Origin: a virus
Lineage: Duplodnaviria; Caudoviricetes
DNA: 48,049 nt
Strand: one strand, 5' to 3'
Virus record (IMG/VR): IMGVR_UViG_3300037484_000103
Location: 1 to 48,049 of that record
The notes under the pieces were generated by a model. That model was not told where the DNA came from. It made no database searches and saw nothing but the letters and a program-made list of their open reading frames with translations. Made by a program: the position numbers and the translations under genes. This document shows, piece by piece, positions 36,038 through 44,264 of this stretch (positions within the stretch are counted from its first letter, which is position 1; each line of letters begins with the position of its first letter).

Positions 36038-37255
36038 TCATATCCCCAGCACCCCCGCTAACTCGCCCACCTTGCCCCGCGTGTTGTCCAGTTCCATGAC
36101 CATGTAGCGTAGCGCATCCATCGCGTGGTCAGCTTCCTTGTTCGGCTCTTCCTTGTCGTTCCGGTCGGCCTTCGACTCTTGCCAGCGGTAAGACGAAAAC
36201 TCCTTGATGGTGTTCACGCACTTATCGCTAACCAGTAAACGCGGCCATCCGTCCCCTTGGACCTTCAGCCGCGCCTTGACCTTCTGGATTCCAGGAATCA
36301 CGTCCTTCTGCGCGTTACGGGTAAAGACGCCCAACTCCCGAAGCTCCGCGATATCCTGCGCGTCGTGGTCGCTCACGGTCCACAAGTAACTGTGGTTCCG
36401 CCCGCCGATCAGCGCCGCATGGTCCCGGATCAGCGTCCGCGTCTTGTAGTGCTCATCGTAGATGAACAGCCGCCCGTCCCCGTCCACCGCACCCCACAAG
36501 CACACAAAGGGGTTAGTGTAGCCGAAGTCAATCCCCCGCACCCGTGCCAAGCTATCCGGCAGCGGCATGTCCTTGTAGACGTGCAGATTCCGGCTGAACT
36601 CCAGGTATACCAAGCCCTCGAATGCTACAAACTCGCCTTCTATCTCCTGCTTGGCAAACTCCCCGACGTAGTTCGCCTCTAGGTCCGCAAGGTACTCGGC
36701 GGGCAGGTACTTGTTCTCTCGCGTGGAGGAGTGGAACAACGCATAGTTGCTATTCCCCTTCTCTACCCAGTACTTGTAGACCCAATTGAACCCCGCTGGC
36801 GTGGTGCTAATCCATGCTTGCGGGCTCTCCCCCGCCCGTAGCCTACCGAGGATGATTCTCCACACGTCCTCGGACATGAGCGCCGCCTCATCGCAATATG
36901 CCCAGTTCAGGTTGACGCCGCGCAAGCGTTCCGGCGCATCCGCTGACCGGAATAGCACTTGGCATCCGAATACCTGTGCGCTGTTCTCGGCCTTGTTAAA
37001 GCTGTACGGGTAGTTCCCCGCCTCCAGCAGCTCGAAAAAGGTCTTTTGCGTCACGTCCCGCAACATCGGGAAGGTAGGCGCCACAATCATGCCGTCCTGG
37101 CCCGGGCCCGCTTTCTTCAGCGCCTTGATACACCCGGCCATCGTCTTTCCGCTGCCCAAGCCCGCTACATAGGCGGTGTACTTGGCCGGCGAGAAGATGA
37201 AGTCATCCTGTCGAGGTAGTAGCGTTATCCTCGGTAGTCGCCCCTGATCTGACAA
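36038..37255 (-). CDS. terL: Terminase large subunit (PBSX/Terminase_6-like)
   Basis: AG.GSGKT Walker A; DEA; STTP; GIDFG; DHAMDALRY. Confidence 0.93.
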   Translation of the reverse strand: MSDQGRLPRITLLPRQDDFIFSPAKYTAYVAGLGSGKTMAGCIKALKKAGPGQDGMIVAPTFPMLRDVTQKTFFELLEAGNYPYSFNKAENSAQVFGCQVLFRSADAPERLRGVNLNWAYCDEAALMSEDVWRIILGRLRAGESPQAWISTTPAGFNWVYKYWVEKGNSNYALFHSSTRENKYLPAEYLADLEANYVGEFAKQEIEGEFVAFEGLVYLEFSRNLHVYKDMPLPDSLARVRGIDFGYTNPFVCLWGAVDGDGRLFIYDEHYKTRTLIRDHAALIGGRNHSYLWTVSDHDAQDIAELRELGVFTRNAQKDVIPGIQKVKARLKVQGDGWPRLLVSDKCVNTIKEFSSYRWQESKADRNDKEEPNKEADHAMDALRYMVMELDNTRGKVGELAGVLGI

Positions 37256-37526
37256 AGATTAGTCCTATCGGCGTCTCCCCGCCGCTCAACTCTATCGATT
37301 GCTTCGGCTGCCCATCGAAACGGTTCATCAAATCCCGAAAACCCACATCATCCAGTTTTTCCACGTATTCCCGGGCCTTCCTGCGGGCCACCTCTTCCTT
37401 TTGTTCCTCGTCTACCTTGAGCAATTCGTCCCTGACAAGACTCACGATGCTAAACCGTGGTCGGCCTGGCCCCCCGGGGTTGCCCTCCTTGAAGCGGCCC
37501 TTTTCGTCACGATATTCCGTATCCAT
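37203..37526 (-). CDS. terS: Terminase small subunit
   Basis: RDEKGRF..GNPGGPGRP; G.PKQ.IELSG; directly upstream of terL. Confidence 0.75.
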   Translation of the reverse strand: MDTEYRDEKGRFKEGNPGGPGRPRFSIVSLVRDELLKVDEEQKEEVARRKAREYVEKLDDVGFRDLMNRFDGQPKQSIELSGGETPIGLIFVRSGATTEDNATTSTG

Positions 37527-37544
37527 CCGTTTTTTTCGGTCGGC

Positions 37545-37787
37545 TTAGTAGCCCCGCTGTTGCCGTTTGACAACATTTCCAAGCTCTATCGCTACGTCCT
37601 CGGCTGAGACGGTCTCACAGATAATCTGCGGCCAAGGCCATACCGGATACCATGGGGTTGGTGAATATGGCATAGGCACATAAGTTGGCTGCCATGCTCC
37701 AGAGCAATTCGGGCACGTTGAATACTCCGGATTCACGGCTGCCCCGCATTTCGGGCAAATCCAACCCGTTTTCTTCTCTTCGCTCAC
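37545..37787 (-). CDS. Small Zn-ribbon protein
   Basis: GWICPKCG...P....CP.C. Confidence 0.65.
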   Translation of the reverse strand: MSEEKKTGWICPKCGAAVNPEYSTCPNCSGAWQPTYVPMPYSPTPWYPVWPWPQIICETVSAEDVAIELGNVVKRQQRGY

Positions 37788-37893
37788 TTCTTTCCCCCGT
37801 GACGGTGCAGCGTGTGGAACAGCAGCACGAAGATGCTCACCACCTGGACGGCCAGGAGTACAGCTATCAGCATGAAAAAGACAGATACGATAT

Positions 37894-38283
37894 TCATGGC
37901 TTTGCCTCTTCAGGAAATGCCTTGTAATATTTTGTCCAGAAGTCCTTAGTTAGATTCCCAGCCAGATAAGCTGCTCGTTCCCAATAGGGATCGCCAGATT
38001 TCCATCTCTTGCTATCATACCAGAATGTCATAAAATGCTGTAATTCGTGAGCAAAAATCCCTGCTCCAAAGCGCCGCTGGCACATATGGATCTCGGCGAT
38101 CTTCCTCTCCCGGACCCGTCCCCGGGGCGAAACATGAAGTCCGTTGGAGTGGAAGAATGCCAACGTGTCCTTTCCGCTGATTCTCGGTTTCCTCTTAGAC
38201 CATGCCTTCCGAAGCGCTCGGAGATTGGGATGCAATACGATAACCAACCTGTGACTCGGCGGCACCCTTAGCTCAAACCGCAT
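37894..38283 (-). CDS. HExxH (zincin-like) protein
   Basis: FAHELQH...E..AYL.G. Confidence 0.6.
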   Translation of the reverse strand: MRFELRVPPSHRLVIVLHPNLRALRKAWSKRKPRISGKDTLAFFHSNGLHVSPRGRVRERKIAEIHMCQRRFGAGIFAHELQHFMTFWYDSKRWKSGDPYWERAAYLAGNLTKDFWTKYYKAFPEEAKP

Positions 38284-38286
38284 TTT

Positions 38287-38357
38287 GGCCGCTCCAGGGA
38301 TTCGAACCCCGATGAACCGGGTACAAGCCGGCTATGCTGCCATTACATCAGGGCGGC
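38287..38357 (-). tRNA. tRNA-Thr(UGU), one acceptor mismatch, no CCA
   Basis: GCCGCCC/GAGCGGC; GCCGG-CTTGTAC-CCGGT; CGGGG-TTCGAAT-CCCTG. Confidence 0.7.
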
Positions 38358-38442
38358 AAAAAGGACAAGAGGGCTAACCATGGGGATTTGGCCTTCATCC
38401 CCACCTGGGCATATAGTGGCCGGACGAGCCCCTAAGTCCCCG

Positions 38443-38515
38443 CTGTGTGGGCTGGATTCGAACCAGCGCGCTTCGGCTTAACAGGCCGCTGCTCTACCCG
38501 CTGAGCTACCGCACA
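38443..38515 (-). tRNA. tRNA-Asn(GUU), one acceptor mismatch, no CCA
   Basis: TGTGCGG/CCACACA-G; D arm GCTC/GAGC; CGGC-CTGTTAA-GCCG; GCTGG-TTCGAAT-CCAGC. Confidence 0.75.
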
Positions 38516-38565
38516 AAATAAACGGCCCGGGCGCGGAGAGGAGGATGCTCACAGTCACCCGGGCC
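38516..38565 (-). terminator. Terminator-like hairpin in the late leader
   Basis: GGCCCGGG...CCCGGGCC followed by GTTTATTTT. Confidence 0.5.
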
Positions 38566-38697
38566 TATCGAAAGGGAGGCACTGGTCCTCCGTTTTTTCT
38601 AAATGGCGCTCTTTTGGCTTATGGGGAGGGAGTTAGAACGTCGGAGACCCACCCAGGGAACTTTCGCCCCCCTATATACTATGGACGGACAAATGCA

Positions 38698-39108
38698 TTA
38701 TTTAGGACGCCTCTTTAAAATAATCTTTGCCCGTTTTCCAGCCCGGGTGATTCTCTTGCGTTGTCTATCTAATTCTTTCTTAATTACCCAATCTTCCCGA
38801 AACATATCCGCATGACGCTGTTCCTTTTTCCTTAGTCTTTCCGCCGCTCTTGCCCCACAAGAGAGATATGCTTCTTGTTTCAGCCCATTTGGCAACAGTG
38901 AAATTGATAGCCATGCCTCTTGAAGCATATCCTCGCGTAATTCCTCGCCCCGGGCTTGGGCATTAATCATCTCATGCAAGGCCACACGAAATGGTTTGCT
39001 GTTGTAAAGCGACATGAACTCTTCCGTGGTCATTACATTATTGAACTTTCTAGCTGCGGCCATTTTTTCCAGCTTTTCAATTGCCATATATTCTACTTTC
39101 TTTCCCAT
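38698..39108 (-). CDS. Sigma-factor-like (region 2) transcription regulator
   Basis: REDMLQEAWL...AYL...A....LRK; directly upstream of the packaging operon. Confidence 0.55.
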   Translation of the reverse strand: MGKKVEYMAIEKLEKMAAARKFNNVMTTEEFMSLYNSKPFRVALHEMINAQARGEELREDMLQEAWLSISLLPNGLKQEAYLSCGARAAERLRKKEQRHADMFREDWVIKKELDRQRKRITRAGKRAKIILKRRPK

Positions 39109-39126
39109 TTTTCCTCTTTTCTCCAG

Positions 39127-39177
39127 AAAAATAAAAAGGCGCGGGGTCCGGGCATACTTTGCCCAAACTCCGCGCCT
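39127..39177 (-). terminator. Intrinsic terminator after the DUF2292-like ORF
   Basis: AGGCGCGG...GGGCA-AAGTA-TGCCC...CCGCGCCT followed by TTTTATTTT. Confidence 0.65.
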
Positions 39178-39216
39178 CTGTTATTCAGTCAGCGCTTTGC
39201 TTATGTAATATCCGGC

Positions 39217-39381
39217 CTATTTCGGGGGACCGGTTGCCATTGTCTTTATTGTCTCTTTTTTCACTTTCTCAACCCACTCTATCTTTCCGCAGCGTATATG
39301 AAATATCACGCTAATTTCGCCGTATATTAGCTCGTCCAGAGCTTGCTCAATCCACGTGACCAAATTACGGTCTACCCGCAA
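39217..39381 (-). CDS. DUF2292/YezD-like small protein (54 aa)
   Basis: Read by eye: GGAGG RBS and TTG; IEQAL..L.YGEISV.FHIR.GKI..VEK. Confidence 0.65.
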   Translation of the reverse strand: MRVDRNLVTWIEQALDELIYGEISVIFHIRCGKIEWVEKVKKETIKTMATGPPK

Positions 39382-39402
39382 TTTCCCTCCGCATAAAACA
39401 CA

Positions 39403-39411
39403 ATTATAGCA
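39403..39411 (-). promoter_or_regulatory. Extended -10 promoter
   Basis: TG-C-TATAAT, with palindrome CGCTA-TAT-TAGCG just upstream (39416..39428). Confidence 0.55.
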
Positions 39412-39510
39412 TATTCGCTAATATAGCGTTGCACGTTTCAAGAATAATATTCACCTTACGGAGCATGCGGCGGGACTGAAACAGGTTGAATAAGTCCTCA
39501 CCGCTAATGG

Positions 39511-39837
39511 TCATGCTCCTGGTTTTAGCTCTGGATTTTCGTAAACATTTCCCAGGACTTCGCACCATTCCGCCTTCATCCACCACGAGAATCCCGGAGA
39601 GGCTGAAAATGGTTGGAATCCATAGTCCTGATACTCAACAATTTCTATATGACCAACATCTGGGTCCACGGTATTTCTCACTATATCTTTTTCCCAAATC
39701 TCCAGCCCATTCTTGTCTTTCAGGCCAGTGTACTGCATAAAATGCCAGGGCTCTAAAATCCCATACCCAGTGATAGCCCAATCCTTGCGCCATCGTCTCT
39801 GCTCGGCATCCCAAACCCGGAATTTAAGTTCTCTCAC
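39511..39837 (-). CDS. YopX family protein
   Basis: RELKFR.WD; MQYTGLKDKNG.EI.E.DIV; EV.GN.YENPEL. Confidence 0.9.
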   Translation of the reverse strand: MRELKFRVWDAEQRRWRKDWAITGYGILEPWHFMQYTGLKDKNGLEIWEKDIVRNTVDPDVGHIEIVEYQDYGFQPFSASPGFSWWMKAEWCEVLGNVYENPELKPGA

Positions 39838-40526
39838 GCCCTCCCCCTTTCCTGCATCATCCGGTACTTGAGTTCCGCCGTCTCCCAGTCCTCCGGCTCG
39901 TCGATGTCTACGGCCTCGGCTGCCGGGATAATAAGCCCTGCCTTGTTGTCCATCATAAAGGTGTGATTGACAATCAGCGGAGTCCTGCGCGCCCAGAAGA
40001 ATTGACCGGCGATGAAGTAAGAAGCCGGCCATAAGTTGCTCGGCTCCTCATCGTATTGCGGAAAGCGGCTTACCATCTTCTCCCCGCGAGGGAAAAGTGC
40101 CCTCTCCACCGCCGGCCCGCGATACACCGGGAACACCACGTCAAAGCCGCCATGCTTTAGCTTCTTGAATCCCTCGACCACCGTCTCCACCCGCATGAAT
40201 GGAGCACAGGCGTACATCATACAAACATAGTCGTATTGCAGGCCCTCGACACCCTGCGCCCGCAGTACGTCGATTACCACGTCCACCATGGGAACGTGGT
40301 CTTGACTCAACTCTGCGCTACGCTTGTAACAGGAGCATTTCAGGTGTGAGGCGTGGCCGCTGATTCGGCTATCGTCTGTGCTTACCACCACTATGTCAAA
40401 CAAGCCGCTGTTATGCGCTACTTCGATGCTGTAGTCGATTATTGGCTTGCCCATGAAGGGGCGCATGTTTTTGTGGGGGATGCGCCGGCTGCCACCACGG
40501 GCGGGAATGATGCAAATGCTATGCAT
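39834..40526 (-). CDS. CMP-nonulosonic acid synthetase (PseF/NeuA-like cytidylyltransferase)
   Basis: IIPARGGS.RIP.KN...F.GKP.I; VSTDD; AGQF.W; DID..EDW..AE. Confidence 0.9.
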   Translation of the reverse strand: MHSICIIPARGGSRRIPHKNMRPFMGKPIIDYSIEVAHNSGLFDIVVVSTDDSRISGHASHLKCSCYKRSAELSQDHVPMVDVVIDVLRAQGVEGLQYDYVCMMYACAPFMRVETVVEGFKKLKHGGFDVVFPVYRGPAVERALFPRGEKMVSRFPQYDEEPSNLWPASYFIAGQFFWARRTPLIVNHTFMMDNKAGLIIPAAEAVDIDEPEDWETAELKYRMMQERGRA

Positions 40527-41142
40527 CGCCGTATTCCTTCGGCGTCTGCCCGCGTATCCTTGTGCGCTTGCCACTGGACGATATCACGGTTGCGTCGCCT
40601 TCCTCGGTTACCCACGTCACGTCAGAGAAGTTGAAGTACAGGCTCGGCCAGTATACGCCCTCCCAGTATTTCCGCGCCGGGATGCGGCAACTGAATGCGC
40701 CCCACTTGGCAATCAGCCGCTCCCAGAACCGCACCGCCGGAGAACAGGTGTAGCATTCCCCCCAGATGTTGGCAAGATTGAGCTGCTTGAAAGCGCGATG
40801 CAGAAACAACTCCACCGCCTCCATACCATAACCCTTGCCGCGATACTCGGGGGCGATGAGGATGCTGATTTCCCCGAGGCGGTTTTCGTGCTGAATGTTC
40901 TCGATGCCGCCGTAACCCACGAGGTACTTGTCCTCGTCGATGAGAAGATCCCCCGCCACATGCCCCTTGAGTTCGAGTCCCCAATACCGTGTCGTCCCCC
41001 GCCGGTCGCAGATTACCGAGCGGTACCAGTCCTCTTGCTGCTCCCGAGTCAGTGGGAAGGGGGTGCGTAGCGTCTCCAGCGAGGCGTTGCGCCACTGGCG
41101 GATGGGCTCCATGTCTGCGAGTTCAAGCGGGCGCAGAGTCAT
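40519..41142 (-). CDS. GNAT N-acyltransferase (RimJ/PseH-like)
   Basis: LRPLE..D...I..WRN; EISI.I.PEYRGKGYG.EA. Confidence 0.8.
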   Translation of the reverse strand: MTLRPLELADMEPIRQWRNASLETLRTPFPLTREQQEDWYRSVICDRRGTTRYWGLELKGHVAGDLLIDEDKYLVGYGGIENIQHENRLGEISILIAPEYRGKGYGMEAVELFLHRAFKQLNLANIWGECYTCSPAVRFWERLIAKWGAFSCRIPARKYWEGVYWPSLYFNFSDVTWVTEEGDATVISSSGKRTRIRGQTPKEYGDA

Positions 41143-41642
41143 AGAATGGGCCTCAGATTCTCACAACAAAGCTTTTTGCTCAGTACTCTTTTCCCTTGTC
41201 GTGCAATTATACCCGCTATTTCCTGTCTCATAGGATAACGGTCGCTTTCTGTCTTTATGCCACATTGATAAATGGCCTGAGTAACTTGCAAATCCTTTTC
41301 TCTTATCATTTGGAAAATAGGCTTGTATTTGCTATTGAAACCAGCCATCAGTTTCTTAAACTCCCAGTCTGGTAAGCGGGAATGCTTAAAACTCTTTCCA
41401 TCGGCCACGGGAATCATCTCCGTAGCATCAATCCACATGTGTTTTTTCTTATACGAGGAAATCTCTGGGAAATCATAAAACAGGATGTTTTTCAGGGTAG
41501 ACCGTTTCACTCTCCCGGTACCCTTGTTTGGCCACTCCCCGTTTATCTTTATAAGCCAACTAACAAGATGTTCAAGGGTTAGTGAATCCATCCCAATTAT
41601 ATCCATGATTCCTTTTATATGATCCAAATAGTGACCATTCAT
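41139..41642 (-). CDS. Hypothetical low-GC protein inserted in the sugar cassette
   Basis: GGAGGT RBS; ATGA overlap; AT-rich. Confidence 0.55.
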   Translation of the reverse strand: MNGHYLDHIKGIMDIIGMDSLTLEHLVSWLIKINGEWPNKGTGRVKRSTLKNILFYDFPEISSYKKKHMWIDATEMIPVADGKSFKHSRLPDWEFKKLMAGFNSKYKPIFQMIREKDLQVTQAIYQCGIKTESDRYPMRQEIAGIIARQGKRVLSKKLCCENLRPIL

Positions 41643-41650
41643 ATTACCTC

Positions 41651-42292
41651 CTAGAGAATTACGGAAAGTTCCTCCGGCGTGCTGGCGTGCGGCCCAGCGT
41701 CCAGCCCCGTGCTATCACTGAGCTTGAAATGGCGCTCAAAATAAAGCGGCTGGTACTCCCCGAACAGCCGCAGGTCCGGCGAGTGGTCGCTTATCCCTAC
41801 GCTCAGATTGTAGCCGAATAGCGTTTCATAAGCCGTCTGGTTTGCCGGGTACTCCGGGATGCAGTAAAGGAAGCGTAGGTCATACCCCGGGAACATCTCC
41901 CGCAGCAGCGGCGGATAAGCCACATCGCCAACGCTCACGTATATCGGCAGCTCCCGGGGCATGTTCCGCAACAGCATGTACAGATATGGCCGGCAGGCCA
42001 CCTTGAGCGCCGTGGGATGGTAGTCTAACAGGTAGTTAAGCGAAGGGTAGTCGAACACGCTGGCGAAGGTCTGGTAGCCATAAGTCAGGTCGGCATACTT
42101 CACGGCGTAGTCGTACACCTCATGGTCCAGCGGCGGCACTGGGGCTGGCACCTTCGTGAAGAGCTGCCACTTGATGTATACCTCGTGGTGGTGGCCGTCC
42201 ACCGCCGCCAAGGCCTCTATCATCCGGCGCACTTCGGCCTTGTCGTTACGGCAAGTTTCGCCAGAACCAAAGTCTAATATGATTTTTGACAT
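41651..42292 (-). CDS. NeuB/PseI-family nonulosonic acid synthase (TIM barrel only)
   Basis: K.QLF; FASVFD..S; KVA; P...S.G; LYC..EYP; GISDH; ERHF.L...G.D...S.P.EL. Confidence 0.8.
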   Translation of the reverse strand: MSKIILDFGSGETCRNDKAEVRRMIEALAAVDGHHHEVYIKWQLFTKVPAPVPPLDHEVYDYAVKYADLTYGYQTFASVFDYPSLNYLLDYHPTALKVACRPYLYMLLRNMPRELPIYVSVGDVAYPPLLREMFPGYDLRFLYCIPEYPANQTAYETLFGYNLSVGISDHSPDLRLFGEYQPLYFERHFKLSDSTGLDAGPHASTPEELSVIL

Positions 42293-42654
42293 ATGTTTCC
42301 CTGATAGGGGAATTCTCTTCTATGTTGTTTCGCCAAGTTGTCGAGATAATAACTTACAAGGGATTGCTCCACATCAGGCGGCCATTTCGATACAGTCATA
42401 AATCCACCCATGTTTCTGTCTATCGCTATTGTCAAAACAACATGACTCCGTACCCCGCATCGATATGCTGCGAAGCGTAATAGTTCATTACACCAAACGC
42501 CAACCCTCTTTGCTTTCCCGGCATCCCCCGCAAAATATAGCGGTTGTTTTCGTTTTTCAATCCGCATGATTACCAGGAAAAGCGATAGCAGGCTATGGAC
42601 AATCCAGCGGATGATAATCAGCGTAAGTTTTGCTTTCAACTTCTTTTTCTTCAT
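42274..42654 (-). CDS. Hypothetical membrane protein, low GC
   Basis: Basic N-terminus plus TM helix. Confidence 0.45.
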   Translation of the reverse strand: MKKKKLKAKLTLIIIRWIVHSLLSLFLVIMRIEKRKQPLYFAGDAGKAKRVGVWCNELLRFAAYRCGVRSHVVLTIAIDRNMGGFMTVSKWPPDVEQSLVSYYLDNLAKQHRREFPYQGNICQKSY

Positions 42655-43048
42655 TTCTCCCCCATCTCCACAAGGTTTTCACCACCGCCCCGTAACTAAG
42701 TCCCAGCGTCTCGGCTATCTGCTTCCGACTCATGCCGCTGTCCAGTAAGGATTGAATCGCATGGCTGCGGTTATGCCTTCGCTCCACGGCTCTCTCCCTC
42801 GCTCTGGCCGCCATGAGCCTTTGCGTCAACAGCACCTCGTCTCTGGCCCGGACGACAGCCCGCCGCACTTCTCTCGCCTTGCTGACTCTCTCTTCCCGGT
42901 GGATCTCTTTTATCAGTGAATGGTTCGGAGCAACGAAAATATCCCGTGGAGGTTTGCGGCCAGCTCTCGTTTTGATTTCCGCTATCTTCGACATTTCCGT
43001 CTCAGTCCACCGTATCACAAGTCCCTCCGCATATGCAACCTCGGCCAA
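42593..43048 (-). CDS. HTH DNA-binding protein
   Basis: C-terminal GMSRKQIAETLGLSYGAV. Confidence 0.6.
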   Translation of the reverse strand: MAEVAYAEGLVIRWTETEMSKIAEIKTRAGRKPPRDIFVAPNHSLIKEIHREERVSKAREVRRAVVRARDEVLLTQRLMAARARERAVERRHNRSHAIQSLLDSGMSRKQIAETLGLSYGAVVKTLWRWGRNEEKEVESKTYADYHPLDCP

Positions 43049-43055
43049 TCTCGCC

Positions 43056-43544
43056 TCACATTCCGGCTAACAGCGAACGGTGCGTATTCATACTGCGCCA
43101 CATCGAGATGCCGTAGCTTACGGTAGAGGATAGTGCATAGTGCGGGTCATTCGTCACGTCCCGCCCGGTCTGCGGCTCGAATTGCCTCCCCTCGTACAGC
43201 ACCCACCCATGGCCGCCGCCGTAATACTTACCGATTGCCAACTCCGGCCATCCTCCCAGCTCGGTGTGAATCAGGTACATCATCAACAGCGCAAAGTCCT
43301 CGCAGTCCCCGCTCGCCCATACGTAGGTCTGGTCCGGTGACTGCCAGTATTCGCTTTCGTCGTGGATGGCATCGCCGACATAGCGGATATTCTGGTAGAG
43401 CCATACCCCGATTTCCTGCGACGAAGTGGCGCCGGTAGGCTGAATCTCGGGGAACTGCGGGTCGTAGTTGTCTTCCACGTCCCACCAGGGATTGCAGGCC
43501 GCCAGCAACAGAGCCAGTGCGACAACGGCTATCGTGCGGGTCAT
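43056..43544 (-). CDS. Lipoprotein with transglutaminase-like cysteine protease (BTLCP/LapG-like) domain
   Basis: Lipobox LLAAC; YWQSP..T....GDCEDFA; H.W; EP. Confidence 0.75.
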   Translation of the reverse strand: MTRTIAVVALALLLAACNPWWDVEDNYDPQFPEIQPTGATSSQEIGVWLYQNIRYVGDAIHDESEYWQSPDQTYVWASGDCEDFALLMMYLIHTELGGWPELAIGKYYGGGHGWVLYEGRQFEPQTGRDVTNDPHYALSSTVSYGISMWRSMNTHRSLLAGM

Positions 43545-43723
43545 TGTATCGCCTCCAGGTACTCCGCGATAGCTTCAGCGGCCTCCCGTGGGATCTCCGG
43601 CTCCCGGTGGACGGGCCCGCTGCGCCGGCGGCGGTGGCCGTGGCCGTATAGGCCCTTGTTGATGGCGTAGGACATCTCCTGAGCTGCGATGGCAATACTG
43701 TAGTCGTGAAGTAAGTCCATCAT
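43541..43723 (-). CDS. Hypothetical protein
   Basis: RBS and coupled overlaps. Confidence 0.45.
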   Translation of the reverse strand: MMDLLHDYSIAIAAQEMSYAINKGLYGHGHRRRRSGPVHREPEIPREAAEAIAEYLEAIQ

Positions 43724-43977
43724 ATCTCCCCCTTCCTCGACAGGTAGTCTTGCACGCTGTGGGCCGCTATCCGTATCCCGGTGCGGTCCTCCAACTCCTT
43801 TGTCACCACGTACCAGGTCTCGCCGTCCTCCCGCATCTTGCGGACAAGCTCTATCAACTCGTTTGTCCACGGCATCTTCTGGGCGTGGAGCGCCGAGTTT
43901 CCCTTAGGGCTTGCCCGGGTCAAGTCTATCGTGGAGCAAAGAATGTACTCCGGCACGTCAGCGCAGAACCACTTCAT
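43720..43977 (-). CDS. Hypothetical protein with Myb/HTH-like C-terminus
   Basis: WT.E..E.V..MR..G.TW..V..EL. Confidence 0.5.
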   Translation of the reverse strand: MKWFCADVPEYILCSTIDLTRASPKGNSALHAQKMPWTNELIELVRKMREDGETWYVVTKELEDRTGIRIAAHSVQDYLSRKGEI

Positions 43978-44264
43978 TACTGCCCCTTGTCCAGCCCGCC
44001 GGTGGCCCGCTGGGCGATTCGGTTGCGTAGGTGCTCGTTGTAGGCCCGCTCCACGTCATGCTGGATATCCCGGGGTGCGGTCCAAGCAAACCAATTATCC
44101 CGCTTGCCGATGTTGCACCACGGATAATGACGGGGAAGTAGCATTTCGCACTCGGCGCAGTACACCCCGGATACCTTCGGACACACCATGCTATGATACG
44201 GCGGAGTATGGCCGCAGACGTGACATGGTTCCTTGCGAGTCGGGGAAACGTTAGTTTCTGGCAT
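43977..44264 (-). CDS. Cys/His-rich hypothetical protein
   Basis: CHVCG...H...C and C.EC...H...C. Confidence 0.5.
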   Translation of the reverse strand: MPETNVSPTRKEPCHVCGHTPPYHSMVCPKVSGVYCAECEMLLPRHYPWCNIGKRDNWFAWTAPRDIQHDVERAYNEHLRNRIAQRATGGLDKGQ

